DNA of 64,000 nucleotides from an uncultured Methanoregulaceae archaeon (GCA_963841015.1 CAWJAX010000002.1:256001-320000); one strand, 5' to 3'. Shown: positions 18,979 to 29,946, counted from the first letter of the stretch. The notes: generated from the sequence alone by a model not told the origin. Made by a program: numbers and translations.

Positions 18979-19680
18979 ATGTCCCCGACTAAAGAAAAAC
19001 CGCTCTCATCCCAGGACAATATCAAGAAGATCAGGGTGAGTAAAAATGGTCCCTACATCGTTTCCGGAGGGATCCCGCTCCAGATAAAAGAGATCCGGAA
19101 CGATGCTGAGGGATACTGCAGTACCTGGCATGAAGTAAAGACATTCCCCCTTCAGGAACAGTACGCCCTGTGCCGCTGCGGGCATTCAAAAAATAAACCT
19201 TTCTGCGACGGTACCCATACAAAAATCCACTTTGAAGGAACCGAAACGGCTGATAATGAACCGTATCTCGATCGGGCGGACACGATTAACGGACCTTCCC
19301 TGACGCTGACTGACGCGGATGGGATGTGTGTGCACGCCCGGTTTTGCATGCGGGCTGGTGGGATCTGGAACCTGACACGGCAGTCAGACAATCCAGAAGC
19401 ACGGGACATTGCGATAGAGGAGGCAGGTAACTGTCCGTCCGGGCGGCTTGTTGTCTGGGACAGGAAGACGGGAAAGGCGCTTGAACCCGGATTTGAAAAA
19501 TCTATCGTAATCATTGAATATCCCCCACGGAGTGAACATGGTCCTCTCTGGGTGAGAGGCGGCATACCGGTTGAATCGTCCGATGGTCATGTCTATGAAA
19601 TCCGGAACCGCGTAACCCTGTGCCGTTGCGGAAAGTCGTATAACAAACCGTTCTGTGACGGCAGCCATGTGGAGAGATGA
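18979..19680 (+). CDS. CDGSH iron-sulfur domain protein with central divergent ferredoxin domain
   Basis: It has two LCRCGxSxNKPFCDG[TS]H motifs and a central CVHARFC...CPSGRL segment. Confidence 0.93.
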   Translation: MSPTKEKPLSSQDNIKKIRVSKNGPYIVSGGIPLQIKEIRNDAEGYCSTWHEVKTFPLQEQYALCRCGHSKNKPFCDGTHTKIHFEGTETADNEPYLDRADTINGPSLTLTDADGMCVHARFCMRAGGIWNLTRQSDNPEARDIAIEEAGNCPSGRLVVWDRKTGKALEPGFEKSIVIIEYPPRSEHGPLWVRGGIPVESSDGHVYEIRNRVTLCRCGKSYNKPFCDGSHVER

Positions 19681-19684
19681 CACA

Positions 19685-19770
19685 CGCAGGGGAGTGCGGG
19701 CAGGCACTGTCCCCCCTCCTTGTGCCAGCAGCTTGCATCTCATATCAATGAAAAGGTATGCTGAAGAGGT
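19685..19770 (+). repeat. Dispersed intergenic repeat, partial copy C
   Basis: cgcagggg..gggcaggcactgtcccccctcctt..ccagca..tcatatcaatgaaaagg matches 9147-9228. Confidence 0.72.
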
Positions 19771-19778
19771 AAAAAAAT

Positions 19779-21185
19779 TCAGAATCCTGCCGGGTCCACT
19801 GCGTCCCAGCGAACTTTCGCCATTCTTATAAAAACCCATGTTGGGATGACGAGGATGATTGCCGAGAGGGCAAAGTATGGATTTGCAAAGGCAGCTGCAG
19901 TGAAGATTGTCAGGACAATACCAACAAGAATGAGGTACACAAAAAGCACCTTTACATCATACACCAGCACATTGGGGGACAACCCGCAGAGCCAGGCCAT
20001 GACCCCCACCGCGTAAAACGAGACCGAGATCCCGAGCACAACGGCAGGAATGAGATATGCGGCTTCCCCCGAAAAGATTGCAACTGCTGCGATGAAGACG
20101 GCCGGGATCACCTGCAGGATTGCAAACGTAGTGAGTTTGCTCTTGATGAGTGTACTGACTGCAACGGGCAGGCATGCGTACGGACCGAAGGTATCAAACA
20201 TCGTGACCCATGTGTACATCGTTGATGCGATTACACCGGTGGTAATGGCAACCAGGAAAAGCAGGCCATGGGACGGAAAGAACGGGCCCAGCAGGGATAA
20301 GAAGAACCAGATAACCGCGAGGGGGAGGAGGAACGAGAAGATCGTCTGGCCGACAAGGCTCCCGCTCCTGTACAGGTCAAGCGTATCTTTGGCAGCCAGC
20401 GGGGGGTTTGGCAGGAACGAAAACCGCTGCATCAGGGGTGCAAAGGAGTCCCTGTACGCCTTTTCCGAACCCACTGATTCAGGATTGAACAGCACGATCG
20501 CGACCGCGAAAAGGAGTGCCAGGACCCCGCAGGAGATCAGGAAGTTTGCCCACGTGAACGCGCTGTTGAGGAGCAGGGGCGGGAAAAAGAGCGCCGGGTT
20601 CATACCAGTCAGAACCGCAAGGCCACCTACTCCGACACCCATGGCCAGCAGGACGAGCCAGAGTGTCAGGTGTGAACGGGCATAGACTGCTGAGAGAAAG
20701 AAGACGCCGCAGAGGCCAAAGAGGAACGAGAGTGTCAGGGTGAGAAGCAGGAGCAGGGCATCTGCAAGGGGGACACCGGTAAACGGCGATGCCAGGATAT
20801 ACCCGAGGCCAAAGGGGAGTACCCAGAGGAAGAAGTAATAGACGGTGTCCTTGATAACAAAGTTTGTGAAGATGAACTTCTCTGATAACGGGAGGCTCCG
20901 TGCAGAGTAAGCAAGCAGGCTTGCCTGCCCGAACCGTCGGTTCATTACCTCGTTACCCAGCAGCCCGAACCCGCCTACCATGATCCCGAGCATCAGGTAC
21001 GTCGCGTGGATGATCAGCGTGAGGTTGCCGGCCGGGAGGGTTGTCCGCATAAGGGGGAGGAGGAACGACCCCATAAACGCGATCCCGAAGATCATGACCG
21101 GGAAGAGGGCAAAGGAGAGACTGCCAAACATCGTTGAATGAACCCGCCACTCCTCTTTTACCATGCTGGTGAACAGCTCAAACAT
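19779..21185 (-). CDS. Putative ABC transporter permease (polytopic membrane protein)
   Basis: It has about 12 hydrophobic segments and overlaps the stop of the upstream ABC ATPase gene. Confidence 0.75.
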   Translation of the reverse strand: MFELFTSMVKEEWRVHSTMFGSLSFALFPVMIFGIAFMGSFLLPLMRTTLPAGNLTLIIHATYLMLGIMVGGFGLLGNEVMNRRFGQASLLAYSARSLPLSEKFIFTNFVIKDTVYYFFLWVLPFGLGYILASPFTGVPLADALLLLLTLTLSFLFGLCGVFFLSAVYARSHLTLWLVLLAMGVGVGGLAVLTGMNPALFFPPLLLNSAFTWANFLISCGVLALLFAVAIVLFNPESVGSEKAYRDSFAPLMQRFSFLPNPPLAAKDTLDLYRSGSLVGQTIFSFLLPLAVIWFFLSLLGPFFPSHGLLFLVAITTGVIASTMYTWVTMFDTFGPYACLPVAVSTLIKSKLTTFAILQVIPAVFIAAVAIFSGEAAYLIPAVVLGISVSFYAVGVMAWLCGLSPNVLVYDVKVLFVYLILVGIVLTIFTAAAFANPYFALSAIILVIPTWVFIRMAKVRWDAVDPAGF

Positions 21186-21903
21186 GGCGATCCGTCCGGA
21201 CGAGCGAGAGGAAGTAGGAGGGCAGGTGTTCGCCCCGTGCAGTCAGTTCGGCAACGGGACCGGTGTGGAGCAGTCTGCCCTTGTGCAGGATCGCAAACCC
21301 TGTGCAGATCTCTTCAGCCACCTCAAGGATGTGGGTCGAGATGAAGATCGTCTTACCCTTTCTGACATATCCTGCGAGGTAATCCTTGACGAGGTCCTGC
21401 ATGATCGGGTCGAAGTTGATCAGTGGCTCGTCAATCAAAGCAAGTGCCGGCTCGTGGATGAACGCCTGCGTAAACATCAGTTTCTGGCGGGTGCCACGCG
21501 ATAGGTCCTTGCAGAGAACATTCTTCTTGTCGGCAAAATCGAGGAAATCGAACCACCAGTCCGCCTTCATCTCAATATCCGGGATCTTCCGGACCGCTGC
21601 AACGAATTCGAGATACTCCATCGCAGTAAGGAAGCTGGGGGGTGTCTCCTGTTCGGGGATGATCCCAACCTGCCCACGGACACCAACCGGGTCTTTGATT
21701 ACGTCAATCCCGAGAACGGTTGCTGAACCGCTGGTTGGCCGGGTTTGCCCGGTCAGCATTTTGATCATCGTGGTCTTCCCGGAACCGTTTGGGCCAAGAA
21801 GTCCAAACAGTGCTCCCTTCTCAACGGCCAGCGAAACATTGTCGACGGCGATCACATCACCATATCTCTTCACGAGATTTTTTGCTTCCAGCACGATTGT
21901 CAT
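21178..21903 (-). CDS. ABC transporter ATP-binding protein
   Basis: It contains GPNGSGKT, LSRGTRQK, LIDEP and STH. Confidence 0.94.
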   Translation of the reverse strand: MTIVLEAKNLVKRYGDVIAVDNVSLAVEKGALFGLLGPNGSGKTTMIKMLTGQTRPTSGSATVLGIDVIKDPVGVRGQVGIIPEQETPPSFLTAMEYLEFVAAVRKIPDIEMKADWWFDFLDFADKKNVLCKDLSRGTRQKLMFTQAFIHEPALALIDEPLINFDPIMQDLVKDYLAGYVRKGKTIFISTHILEVAEEICTGFAILHKGRLLHTGPVAELTARGEHLPSYFLSLVRTDRHV

Positions 21904-21992
21904 TGACCGGCTCCGGTTTGTTTATTCTAACGTGCGAACCTCTTTGGGTAAATATCTCGTGGTTTTGTAATCGAAAAACCAGAAAACTGGTT

Positions 21993-24302
21993 TTACCGGG
22001 AGTGCTTCTTCCTGCGTTCCAGTCGTTCAGTAAGGTCTCCCATGACAGAAAGAATTGCAGGCATTATGAAGATCGCACCTATCAATGAGAATCCGACAGC
22101 GATAAGCGTCGTGATACCGAAGTTGCTGATGATGGGGAAACTTGAAAGGCAGAGGGCAGAGAACCCGAAGAAAGTTGCAAGCCCGGATATCGTTATTGCC
22201 GTTCCTATCTTGTTCACACTTTCCTGGATTGCAGCAATGTGGTCGTGCAGGCGCTCCTCTTCTTCTGCATATCGCTCCATCACGAGTATCGTATATTCAG
22301 CGGCAACACCAATGGTCATGGAACCCAGGGTTGCCGTAAGAGGGGTGTATGCGATTCCCAGCACATACATCGCAACCGCGTTCCACCCGACAATAAAGAT
22401 AATCGGGACAAGCGGGGTAATTGCATGAAGGTGACGGTATACCAGCGCGAGAAACACAAAGACGAGTATGAACCCGAGTAAGGTCATTGCCTCTTTGGAT
22501 GATACGAGCCCGTTGATAAGGGAGGTGAAAAGATAAAACGGACCAACCGGTTGAAGGGTGATACCGGTCGGTGGCTGAAGGTAACTGATATCTTTTTCCA
22601 TCTGGAGCTTGAGGTCATTCATTGAACTCATCTCAAGCTTGATAGTGCTGAAGCGGATGACCCCTTCCATCGAACCGCTCAGGTACGGTTTTGTAACCTC
22701 GGCCGGGATTTTCTCCAGTACGGCGTTGAGCTGGTTCTGGTCCTCAGGCATCACACCTCCGTTATACGCGAGAATATACGTGACAATGCTCGTCGCACGG
22801 GTAAGTTCAGGGTGATGGGCGAGCTCATAATCCTGGAATTTCTTCATCCATATTATGGTATCAAGGTCAGTGACACGACTTCCCTGGATGATGAAGTCAG
22901 CAGTACTTGTCGAGCCAAGGATGCCGGTCACTTTATCCATCTGGACTTTTGCCGGCATGTCACCGGGAACAAAAGCGTTCTCGCTGGTCTCTATGGGGAT
23001 CTGGGGATCGATCTGGAAACCGACCAGGGCGATCATCCCGGCAACCAGGAGGATCGGTATGGGGTTTTTCGCAATTTTTACCGAAATATCGGTGAGGAAC
23101 TGGCCGTACGACCACGAACTCTTTTTCTTTACACTTTGTGTTTTGACCCCCTGATTTTGTGAGGGAATGTAATCGCACGCTTCTTCGCCAACCGCATAAC
23201 AGACCTCCGGCTTTTGTTGTTTCGGGGTATAATTAAGAAGATGTGCAATCGTCGGTATACCAATAAGCGAAATAACAAAACAGCTCATGACGCCTATCAT
23301 CGCCACCAGTCCGAATGAGCGGATCATGGGCACCGTTGAGATAAACATCGCAATAAATCCCATACAGGTAGCAAGCATCGCGTACATGACGGCAGGACCG
23401 GTACGGGTTACCGTTACCTGCACGGCCTGATCAAGCGATCCCTTCCGGGCCTCTTCATCCAGCCTGGCATGGAACTGGATGCCGTAATCGATACCAAGAC
23501 CGATCATGACCGGGAAAGCACCAAGGACTGCCATATTGAGCTGGATTCCGGCAAGCCCCATGAAACCCAGTGCGGTCGTGAGGCCGATACCTACGAAAAG
23601 CACGGGGAGGAAGCGGTGGCTGGCGTAGGCAAACAATATGCCCAGGACTATAACCATGAGCACCATTGCACTGCCAATCAGCACACCCATGGATGATCCC
23701 ATCTCTTCTTTCATCTGTTCCGAGAAGGCTGCACTGCCGGAAACCGAGATCTTTACCCCGGGTGGAGGAGTGTTGTGTGCGATAAGGGATTCTACATTTT
23801 TCAGCGTAGCACTCTTGGCATCCTCAGACAATCCCTGAGAAAGTGTAATCTGCACCAGCGTCAGGACATTTGACGGGACTGCCGTATCTTTCACTTCAGG
23901 AGGAATGCTGGCGACAATCCGGTCGATTTCTCCTTTTGACTGCGGCAGCGTGCCCCCGTTTGCACTTTTTAAAAGACCTGCGATGCTTGCAGATCCCACC
24001 ACATTTTCCTGTTGTCTGATATCATGTTCAAGCTCGTCGATATAGCTGAGGACCTGGGGACTGAGAGGATCGCTGGTTTCGACGATAAGGATGAGCACGT
24101 TGGATGAGAAGGTGTCAGTATAATGTTTATTGAGAACTCCCTCCGGTGAATCCTTATTCAGGTAGGTATCGTTGCCCGTCTCCATCGTTATGAGGGTCAT
24201 CCCGTACAGGGCGATGATAAAAATTATCCCGATGACGACAGCAACTCTCCGCGGATGGCGGTTGATGATATCTGCAAGTCGTTTGAAAATGTGGTCAATC
24301 AT
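21993..24302 (-). CDS. RND/MMPL (HAE3) family transporter
   Basis: It has two repeats of one TM helix, a large loop and five TM helices, with IGLGIDYGIQF and IGVAAEYTIL. Confidence 0.92.
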   Translation of the reverse strand: MIDHIFKRLADIINRHPRRVAVVIGIIFIIALYGMTLITMETGNDTYLNKDSPEGVLNKHYTDTFSSNVLILIVETSDPLSPQVLSYIDELEHDIRQQENVVGSASIAGLLKSANGGTLPQSKGEIDRIVASIPPEVKDTAVPSNVLTLVQITLSQGLSEDAKSATLKNVESLIAHNTPPPGVKISVSGSAAFSEQMKEEMGSSMGVLIGSAMVLMVIVLGILFAYASHRFLPVLFVGIGLTTALGFMGLAGIQLNMAVLGAFPVMIGLGIDYGIQFHARLDEEARKGSLDQAVQVTVTRTGPAVMYAMLATCMGFIAMFISTVPMIRSFGLVAMIGVMSCFVISLIGIPTIAHLLNYTPKQQKPEVCYAVGEEACDYIPSQNQGVKTQSVKKKSSWSYGQFLTDISVKIAKNPIPILLVAGMIALVGFQIDPQIPIETSENAFVPGDMPAKVQMDKVTGILGSTSTADFIIQGSRVTDLDTIIWMKKFQDYELAHHPELTRATSIVTYILAYNGGVMPEDQNQLNAVLEKIPAEVTKPYLSGSMEGVIRFSTIKLEMSSMNDLKLQMEKDISYLQPPTGITLQPVGPFYLFTSLINGLVSSKEAMTLLGFILVFVFLALVYRHLHAITPLVPIIFIVGWNAVAMYVLGIAYTPLTATLGSMTIGVAAEYTILVMERYAEEEERLHDHIAAIQESVNKIGTAITISGLATFFGFSALCLSSFPIISNFGITTLIAVGFSLIGAIFIMPAILSVMGDLTERLERRKKHSR

Positions 24303-24430
24303 GAAAAAACCTTCCTGTCTGTGAATGGGGGGAGGCTATGGTTGTTAAGGGAAGGGAGGACTCCTTCCCGCTACAATGTGTGGTGTCCCAGGGGGACCCC
24401 ACAAGGTGTTACCGACATGAGAGCGACCAG

Positions 24431-25798
24431 TTACTTTTGTTTCGTTCTCTGACGGTAAACCAGGTAACCGACCAGAATGACAACTGCCGCTATACCTGCA
24501 AGGACAAGAGGGTTACCCAACAGGGAGTTTTCTTTTTCGACTACAATCCTGACTTTCATCGGGTCTGAGATCAGTGAATTATCCAGTGCATCACGGTACC
24601 GGATCTCTGAATCAAGGGCGTACTCCTTGATCGTTGCAGATTTGTCTACGGCGATTTCAAAGGCAGCTTCCCGGGTGTCGCCAGGTGCAAGTGTTCCGAG
24701 AAATGCTGTATCATCATTGCTGGTGAAGGGATCAACTGCGCTGATACGAGCCTGTGCATTGTATGCCGTTGCACCACCGGTATTGGTATACTGGACGGTG
24801 ATTGTTTTTTTCTGGCCGGGAGAGACTATATTTGCGGTGGATGTAACATTAAAATCAATTTTTTTACCGACCTCAAGGCCGATTGTCTCTATATCTGATG
24901 TAGCCTGGTCCCCTTCGCCATTCTCGTAAATCACCAGAACATCAAGCGGGTATGTCTGCGCTTCGGCATCACTTGAGACAGACACTTTGAACCTGCTGCT
25001 GATAACCTGTCCAACTGAAAAGTTCCCGATGTACATGCTTCCTGTGACCGGGAGTACAGGACTCATGTCATTACGAACGATTTTAATGATGGCATTTTTC
25101 CCATTCTCATGACCGATATTTTTTACTTCAAGGGTAACATAGCCTTCAGAACCCGCATTCAGGTGTTCTGCTGTCTGGGAAAGTACAGCAATCTTTACTT
25201 CCGGCTTGATCGTTATCGGGAGATTAACGGTCTCGTTTATCTCTCTGTAGTAATATTGTATCGTGTCAGTACCGTACTGTTCTGCCTCGGACAGGTAGGA
25301 GTACTTCATGGTAAGGGGGAGGTAATAGGTGCCGGAACCTGCATTGGGCTGTACCTTTGTGGTGATTACAGCGCTTGCGATGCTGCTGCCTTTGAGGTCT
25401 CCCAGCATCTGGGGATCGGATTTGATTAAGACCGGGGCTTCGCCCGGAGCTATTGATATGGTGAGGAATTTTGCCGTGTTCGGAAGATCATCACGTTCGA
25501 TAATTCCTGACTGGATAAACTTGAACTGGTTAACCCCTTTGTTCTCGATAATCACTTTCAGCTGGACCGTGTCTCCCGGGCTTACCTCGTTCGAACCGGA
25601 TATATAAGCCGAAAGTTCTGGACTTCCTGCCATGTATTTGGTACCTGTCAGTGCCTGTACGGGTGCTATCATAACAACAGCGCATGCGATTATAATGAGG
25701 CTGAAATACCATGCCCTCGCAGGGTGCTGGTTCATTCTGGCGGGAAGAGTTGCCATTTTCCCGTCACTACTTGCTACTGTCTGGTGATGTGTGATCAT
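24431..25798 (-). CDS. COG1361 S-layer domain protein
   Basis: It has a signal peptide, repeated Ig-like units (V.NxG..A...YxGxLxPG) and a C-terminal TM helix with a basic tail, and sits next to an HAE3 RND gene as is usual for the family. Confidence 0.87.
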   Translation of the reverse strand: MITHHQTVASSDGKMATLPARMNQHPARAWYFSLIIIACAVVMIAPVQALTGTKYMAGSPELSAYISGSNEVSPGDTVQLKVIIENKGVNQFKFIQSGIIERDDLPNTAKFLTISIAPGEAPVLIKSDPQMLGDLKGSSIASAVITTKVQPNAGSGTYYLPLTMKYSYLSEAEQYGTDTIQYYYREINETVNLPITIKPEVKIAVLSQTAEHLNAGSEGYVTLEVKNIGHENGKNAIIKIVRNDMSPVLPVTGSMYIGNFSVGQVISSRFKVSVSSDAEAQTYPLDVLVIYENGEGDQATSDIETIGLEVGKKIDFNVTSTANIVSPGQKKTITVQYTNTGGATAYNAQARISAVDPFTSNDDTAFLGTLAPGDTREAAFEIAVDKSATIKEYALDSEIRYRDALDNSLISDPMKVRIVVEKENSLLGNPLVLAGIAAVVILVGYLVYRQRTKQK

Positions 25799-25969
25799 GG
25801 ATATCCTCTTGATAAGGAATGTTTGGTAAAGGTTGAAACCTATTACATATAAATATATCTTTTATAGATTATACATATCAATGATAAATAGAATCCGGGT
25901 TACCGGTGCGGGGATCCAATAATCGCGTCATTCTCATAAAAAATGAAACAACAATCCTCAGTGCATTGA

Positions 25970-27319
25970 TTAGCCGATAAACTTCTGGAGTGCTGCAATC
26001 CGATCCCGGAGTGCCTGTTCCCGCTCCGTTAATTCCGTGATGTCAGTTACGGTAATATAGGTAGACACCGTGGTGTCATGCAGGGCTGCTGTGACCCTTC
26101 CGAGAATACAGCGGCGGTTGCCACCTTTACGGTTAATCCAGAGGGTAAATTCTCCGGGTTTTTCAGAATCCGGCCGGATAGTTTTTACGATGTCTTCGAT
26201 CTTTTCACGATCTTCCGGGGATACCAGATCAGCAGATTTCATATGGGTAAGTTCTCCTTTTGAATATCCGGTGATGTCGGTAATACGATGGTTGGCAAAT
26301 ACAAATTTTCCGTTTTCCACAATGATGAGCCCGTCCTGGATGTTCTCAGCCATCATCCGGAACCTCTGTTCACTCTCTTTGAGTGCAGCTTCATTTGCCT
26401 TAAGTTCCGTGATATCAGTCAGGATGATAAACGCGTAATGGGTATCTGCATGGTGTACTGCAGAGATGCGGGCTGATGTAAACCGGCGTTGCCCGTCTTT
26501 TCGCAGTATCCACATCCGGAGTTCTGTAAGTATCGGATCCTTCCGGTCCATTTTTCGAATCTGGCTGGCTACTGCCTGCTTATCCTCCGGATCGATAATC
26601 GAGAGCGGGTCCATCTTCCATAATTCTTCAAATGAATACCCGGTGATCTCTGCTGTACGTCTGTTCACAAAAACAATTTTCCCGTTTTCCATGATGATCA
26701 GGCCATCATGAATATTCTCAGCCATCATCCGGAACCGCTCTTCCCTTTCCCGGATTTCCCGTTCAGCAAGAACCTGTCGGGTGATATCCTCAAGGATGAG
26801 GGTGAAACCTTTTCTGCCGTCCTCAAAAACTGTCGGTACAGATTTCTGTTTAAAAATCCGCTCCCCCTGATCTTTTACCCGGAAGGTAATGGTGTCTTCT
26901 TTTTCTTCGAACCGGGTCGTGAGTGTCTCCAGTAATTCATGGACATCGATATCGGGAGGGCTGAGGTAGGTAATATTCTTCCCGAGAGTATCCTTCCGGG
27001 AAAGATTCAGCAAGGCCAAAAAATTGTCATTCACATCAATGATGCGGGACTCATTATCCAGGACCATGATCAGCTCGTTTGAGTAACTGAGCATTGCTGA
27101 AAGAGGCAGGCGCTGGGAGAGCGTGAATACTTTGGCCTTTCCATAGGTTCGCATATCCACGTGCCCGGAGATGAGCAGGATATCCAGATATCTCCCGATA
27201 GTGTTCTTGTTTTTATTGAGCGCTTTGGAAATATCCGTTACGCTCATCCCCTCAGGATTCTTTTTGAGAAGATCTTTAATCAGGGAAAGTTCGTGCTGGT
27301 AATCCTGCATCATAATCAA
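25970..27319 (-). CDS. Winged-HTH plus three PAS domain regulator
   Basis: It has an N-terminal PEGMSVTDISKALNKNKNTIGRYLDIL HTH and duplicated PAS units E.RFRMMAENI.DGLII.ENGK. Confidence 0.88.
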   Translation of the reverse strand: MIMMQDYQHELSLIKDLLKKNPEGMSVTDISKALNKNKNTIGRYLDILLISGHVDMRTYGKAKVFTLSQRLPLSAMLSYSNELIMVLDNESRIIDVNDNFLALLNLSRKDTLGKNITYLSPPDIDVHELLETLTTRFEEKEDTITFRVKDQGERIFKQKSVPTVFEDGRKGFTLILEDITRQVLAEREIREREERFRMMAENIHDGLIIMENGKIVFVNRRTAEITGYSFEELWKMDPLSIIDPEDKQAVASQIRKMDRKDPILTELRMWILRKDGQRRFTSARISAVHHADTHYAFIILTDITELKANEAALKESEQRFRMMAENIQDGLIIVENGKFVFANHRITDITGYSKGELTHMKSADLVSPEDREKIEDIVKTIRPDSEKPGEFTLWINRKGGNRRCILGRVTAALHDTTVSTYITVTDITELTEREQALRDRIAALQKFIG

Positions 27320-27522
27320 ATCACCTCGTATCTAAGGGATAGATGGAAATGAGGGGGGTTATTGGTAATCTATATGTATAATTAACAAGCTAAAACTATT
27401 TATAAGATTTTGTCAGGGAGCGTATTTTATGAAGCTTCAGCATACATCCCCCAGTTAAACACTATCTTCATAATATATTCTTTTTAATATGTTGTATCAC
27501 ACTTCACCCCGGTGATCCAGAT

Positions 27523-28044
27523 ATGAGCACCACGAGCCTCGAGATATTTGATACTATGACCGATGATGATAAACACCAGTACCTGGAATTTCTTCTCTGG
27601 CACTACCGGGTTGTGGATGCATTCTGGTTTATCACTGTTGCCGAACAGTTCGGTCAGCCTGCTGCAGAAAAAGTCAACGAACAGGTTTGGGGCCGTGTAG
27701 CCGGGATGGCAGCAAAAGATATTGTGAAACGGTTCACTATCACGGAAAAGGGACTGTCTGGTTTTGTAAAGGCACTCCGTCATTTTCCCTGGGCGATGAT
27801 AGTAGGGTATGAAATCGATGAACGGGATAACGAAGTCCTCCTTTCCGTACCTTCCTGCCCGACGCAGGAAGCACGGCTGAAACGGGGCCTGGGAGAATAT
27901 GTCTGCAAGGAAATGCACCGTGCAGAATTTACGGGTTTTGCCCAGGAAATTGATCCACGGATATGTGTGGAATGCATCTTTGCTCCTCCCGATCCCCACC
28001 CAAAGGATATGTTCTGCAGATGGCGGTTTTATCTCACCCCGTAA
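27523..28044 (+). CDS. DUF6125 family protein
   Basis: It contains [24 protein letters not shown] and [16 protein letters not shown]. Confidence 0.78.
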   Translation: MSTTSLEIFDTMTDDDKHQYLEFLLWHYRVVDAFWFITVAEQFGQPAAEKVNEQVWGRVAGMAAKDIVKRFTITEKGLSGFVKALRHFPWAMIVGYEIDERDNEVLLSVPSCPTQEARLKRGLGEYVCKEMHRAEFTGFAQEIDPRICVECIFAPPDPHPKDMFCRWRFYLTP

Positions 28045-28085
28045 CGCGATTATTCGTTCACGGTACCTTTTTTTGCCCGGTCTTA

Positions 28086-28868
28086 TTAGTCCAACTCCTC
28101 GTTGAGAATCTCGTAGAATCTGGTTTTTGCAGATCGTTCCAGCCAGGGACGGTGACCGCAGTTTTCCAGAACAATAAATCTGAAATTTTTTATCACGCGG
28201 GACAGGGGAATTCGAACCCCGTGAGCAGGGTGGGGATCATAGTCCCCGTGAATTGCTACAACGGGACAGTGGATGTGTGTACCGAGTGCTACAAGGTCCC
28301 CGCTTGTCCGCATTTCCTGTGCCTGTTTCCAGACGTTTTCATAGATATCGTAGCGGTATTCAACCCCCTCGCTGGCATGAAGGGGGGGATCCCTGGCATC
28401 GGCTGTATCGATAACCTTTCCAAATTCTGCAAAAACTCTGTTTTTGTCCCTGTTCTTCGGGTCATTCAGTTTTGTTGCCAGAGTTTCCAGAAGATCTCTG
28501 TCTTTTTGAGAAAGGCGGTTTACTCTGGCGCGCATAATTCCAGCAGTATAGGTATCGTCAAACACTCCACTGCTCACAAGAATGAGTTTTTTAACCAGTA
28601 CCGGGTTTTTTGCCGTAACGATAAAACTCAGTAGTGCCCCCCATGAGTGTCCTATCAGGGTTACCGGCAGGTCCCCCAGATCGTTCAGGACTTTTTCCAA
28701 TTCTCTTACTTGTCGGGTTACCGTCCTTTCAGTCTGGAATGGCTCAATTACACCTCGCGACAGGGATAGCTCATGAGCTACTGCTGCCATTTCTCCTGCT
28801 GCACCCGGTCCCCCGTGGATAACTGCAGTGGCAAAGGGTGCCTTGCCCCAAATCCTGTAATTGTCCAT
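28086..28868 (-). CDS. Alpha/beta fold hydrolase
   Basis: It contains HGGPG, the nucleophile elbow GHSWG, HGDYD and CGH. Confidence 0.92.
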   Translation of the reverse strand: MDNYRIWGKAPFATAVIHGGPGAAGEMAAVAHELSLSRGVIEPFQTERTVTRQVRELEKVLNDLGDLPVTLIGHSWGALLSFIVTAKNPVLVKKLILVSSGVFDDTYTAGIMRARVNRLSQKDRDLLETLATKLNDPKNRDKNRVFAEFGKVIDTADARDPPLHASEGVEYRYDIYENVWKQAQEMRTSGDLVALGTHIHCPVVAIHGDYDPHPAHGVRIPLSRVIKNFRFIVLENCGHRPWLERSAKTRFYEILNEELD

Positions 28869-29005
28869 CGCTGTGGTTATCTCTGGTCCGGTCGGAGATA
28901 AATTTGTCAGTACCCTTTTTTTCCCTGCACAACCGCACAGGATATCCTTGCGGTCATGTTTGAACTCATTGATATGTGATCAGTGAAAAACACCAGTAAT
29001 GAGCG

Positions 29006-29290
29006 ATGATTTCATCACCGGTTTTTGTCCTGTTCCTTGTATTCTACATCCTTATCAACGGGGTGGTATTTTTTTTCTATGCCCATGACAAGATCAAGGC
29101 GAAAAAAAACGCAAGGAGAACTCCGGAAAACCGGTTACTTTTTTTTGCCCTTTTCGGACCCTTGGGAGCCTGTGCTGCGATGCTGGTGTTCCGGCATAAG
29201 ACCCGGAAAATGAAATTTTATCTGGTGCCGGTGTGTGCAATGCTTCACATAGTACTGCTTATCTGGATGCTCCTGTATTTCATAGGGTAA
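29006..29290 (+). CDS. DUF1294 family membrane protein
   Basis: It contains DKIKAKKNARRTPENRL and AMLVFRHKTRKMKF. Confidence 0.9.
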   Translation: MISSPVFVLFLVFYILINGVVFFFYAHDKIKAKKNARRTPENRLLFFALFGPLGACAAMLVFRHKTRKMKFYLVPVCAMLHIVLLIWMLLYFIG

Positions 29291-29352
29291 AAGACCATTT
29301 CTTTCCTCGATAAAACCCTGGTGAATCGGGAGGGAAAAATTGTGAAAAATGT

Positions 29353-29823
29353 TCACCGGACGGGAATATAAATCCCGGTGATAATCTCTTCTGGTTTCAC
29401 GAGCCGGGGATCATTGGTATATACCTCACGGATTGGTCCGGAAATCCGGAGTCCCTGTGCCTCGATCCAAGCAAAGAGCAGATGATACGTTGTCTCGCAG
29501 GATTCGTATGGCCCTTGGTGAACCGTATGTACCATTTTCCCGCCGGGAAGCTCATAGACGTTCATCTCCCGTGTACCCTTCACGGTCCCGGAAACCGGCC
29601 ATGCGACCTCGACCATGGCGGTTCCCTTCTCGTTTGCCTCCATCACTGCTTCAGGAGTAGTCTCGTGACAAAGAAAGATGGGGGCTCCGCTGATTTGGAT
29701 CTTATTCCCGACCGTGAATTCATAGATCTTCATCAGGAGTTCCGGGATAAGCATATAGGTCCCGGTCTTTTTCATCCCCAGCACCTGCCGGGCTGAGACT
29801 TCAACTATTGAAATATCATGCAT
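29353..29823 (-). CDS. GyrI-like small-molecule binding domain protein
   Basis: It contains LPGG...HQGPYE..TY..LFAWI and GPIREVYTNDP. Start taken at MHDISIVEV. Confidence 0.88.
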   Translation of the reverse strand: MHDISIVEVSARQVLGMKKTGTYMLIPELLMKIYEFTVGNKIQISGAPIFLCHETTPEAVMEANEKGTAMVEVAWPVSGTVKGTREMNVYELPGGKMVHTVHQGPYESCETTYHLLFAWIEAQGLRISGPIREVYTNDPRLVKPEEIITGIYIPVR

Positions 29824-29946
29824 AGGAAGCACCATACCCCCATGGACGATATCCTTTATTGGATTATCCCTTGTGAAGGGTGAAAGTAATCCGATACATT
29901 TCAAACCATGCTTCTTTAATACCGGGTTTTGCCATACACTCTTTGA

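Noticed and set aside
27342-27359. ORB-like GATGGAAATGAGGGGGGT beside an AT-rich tract
   Set aside because: It is a single copy lacking the TCCA half, and the AT-rich tract is explained by divergent promoters.
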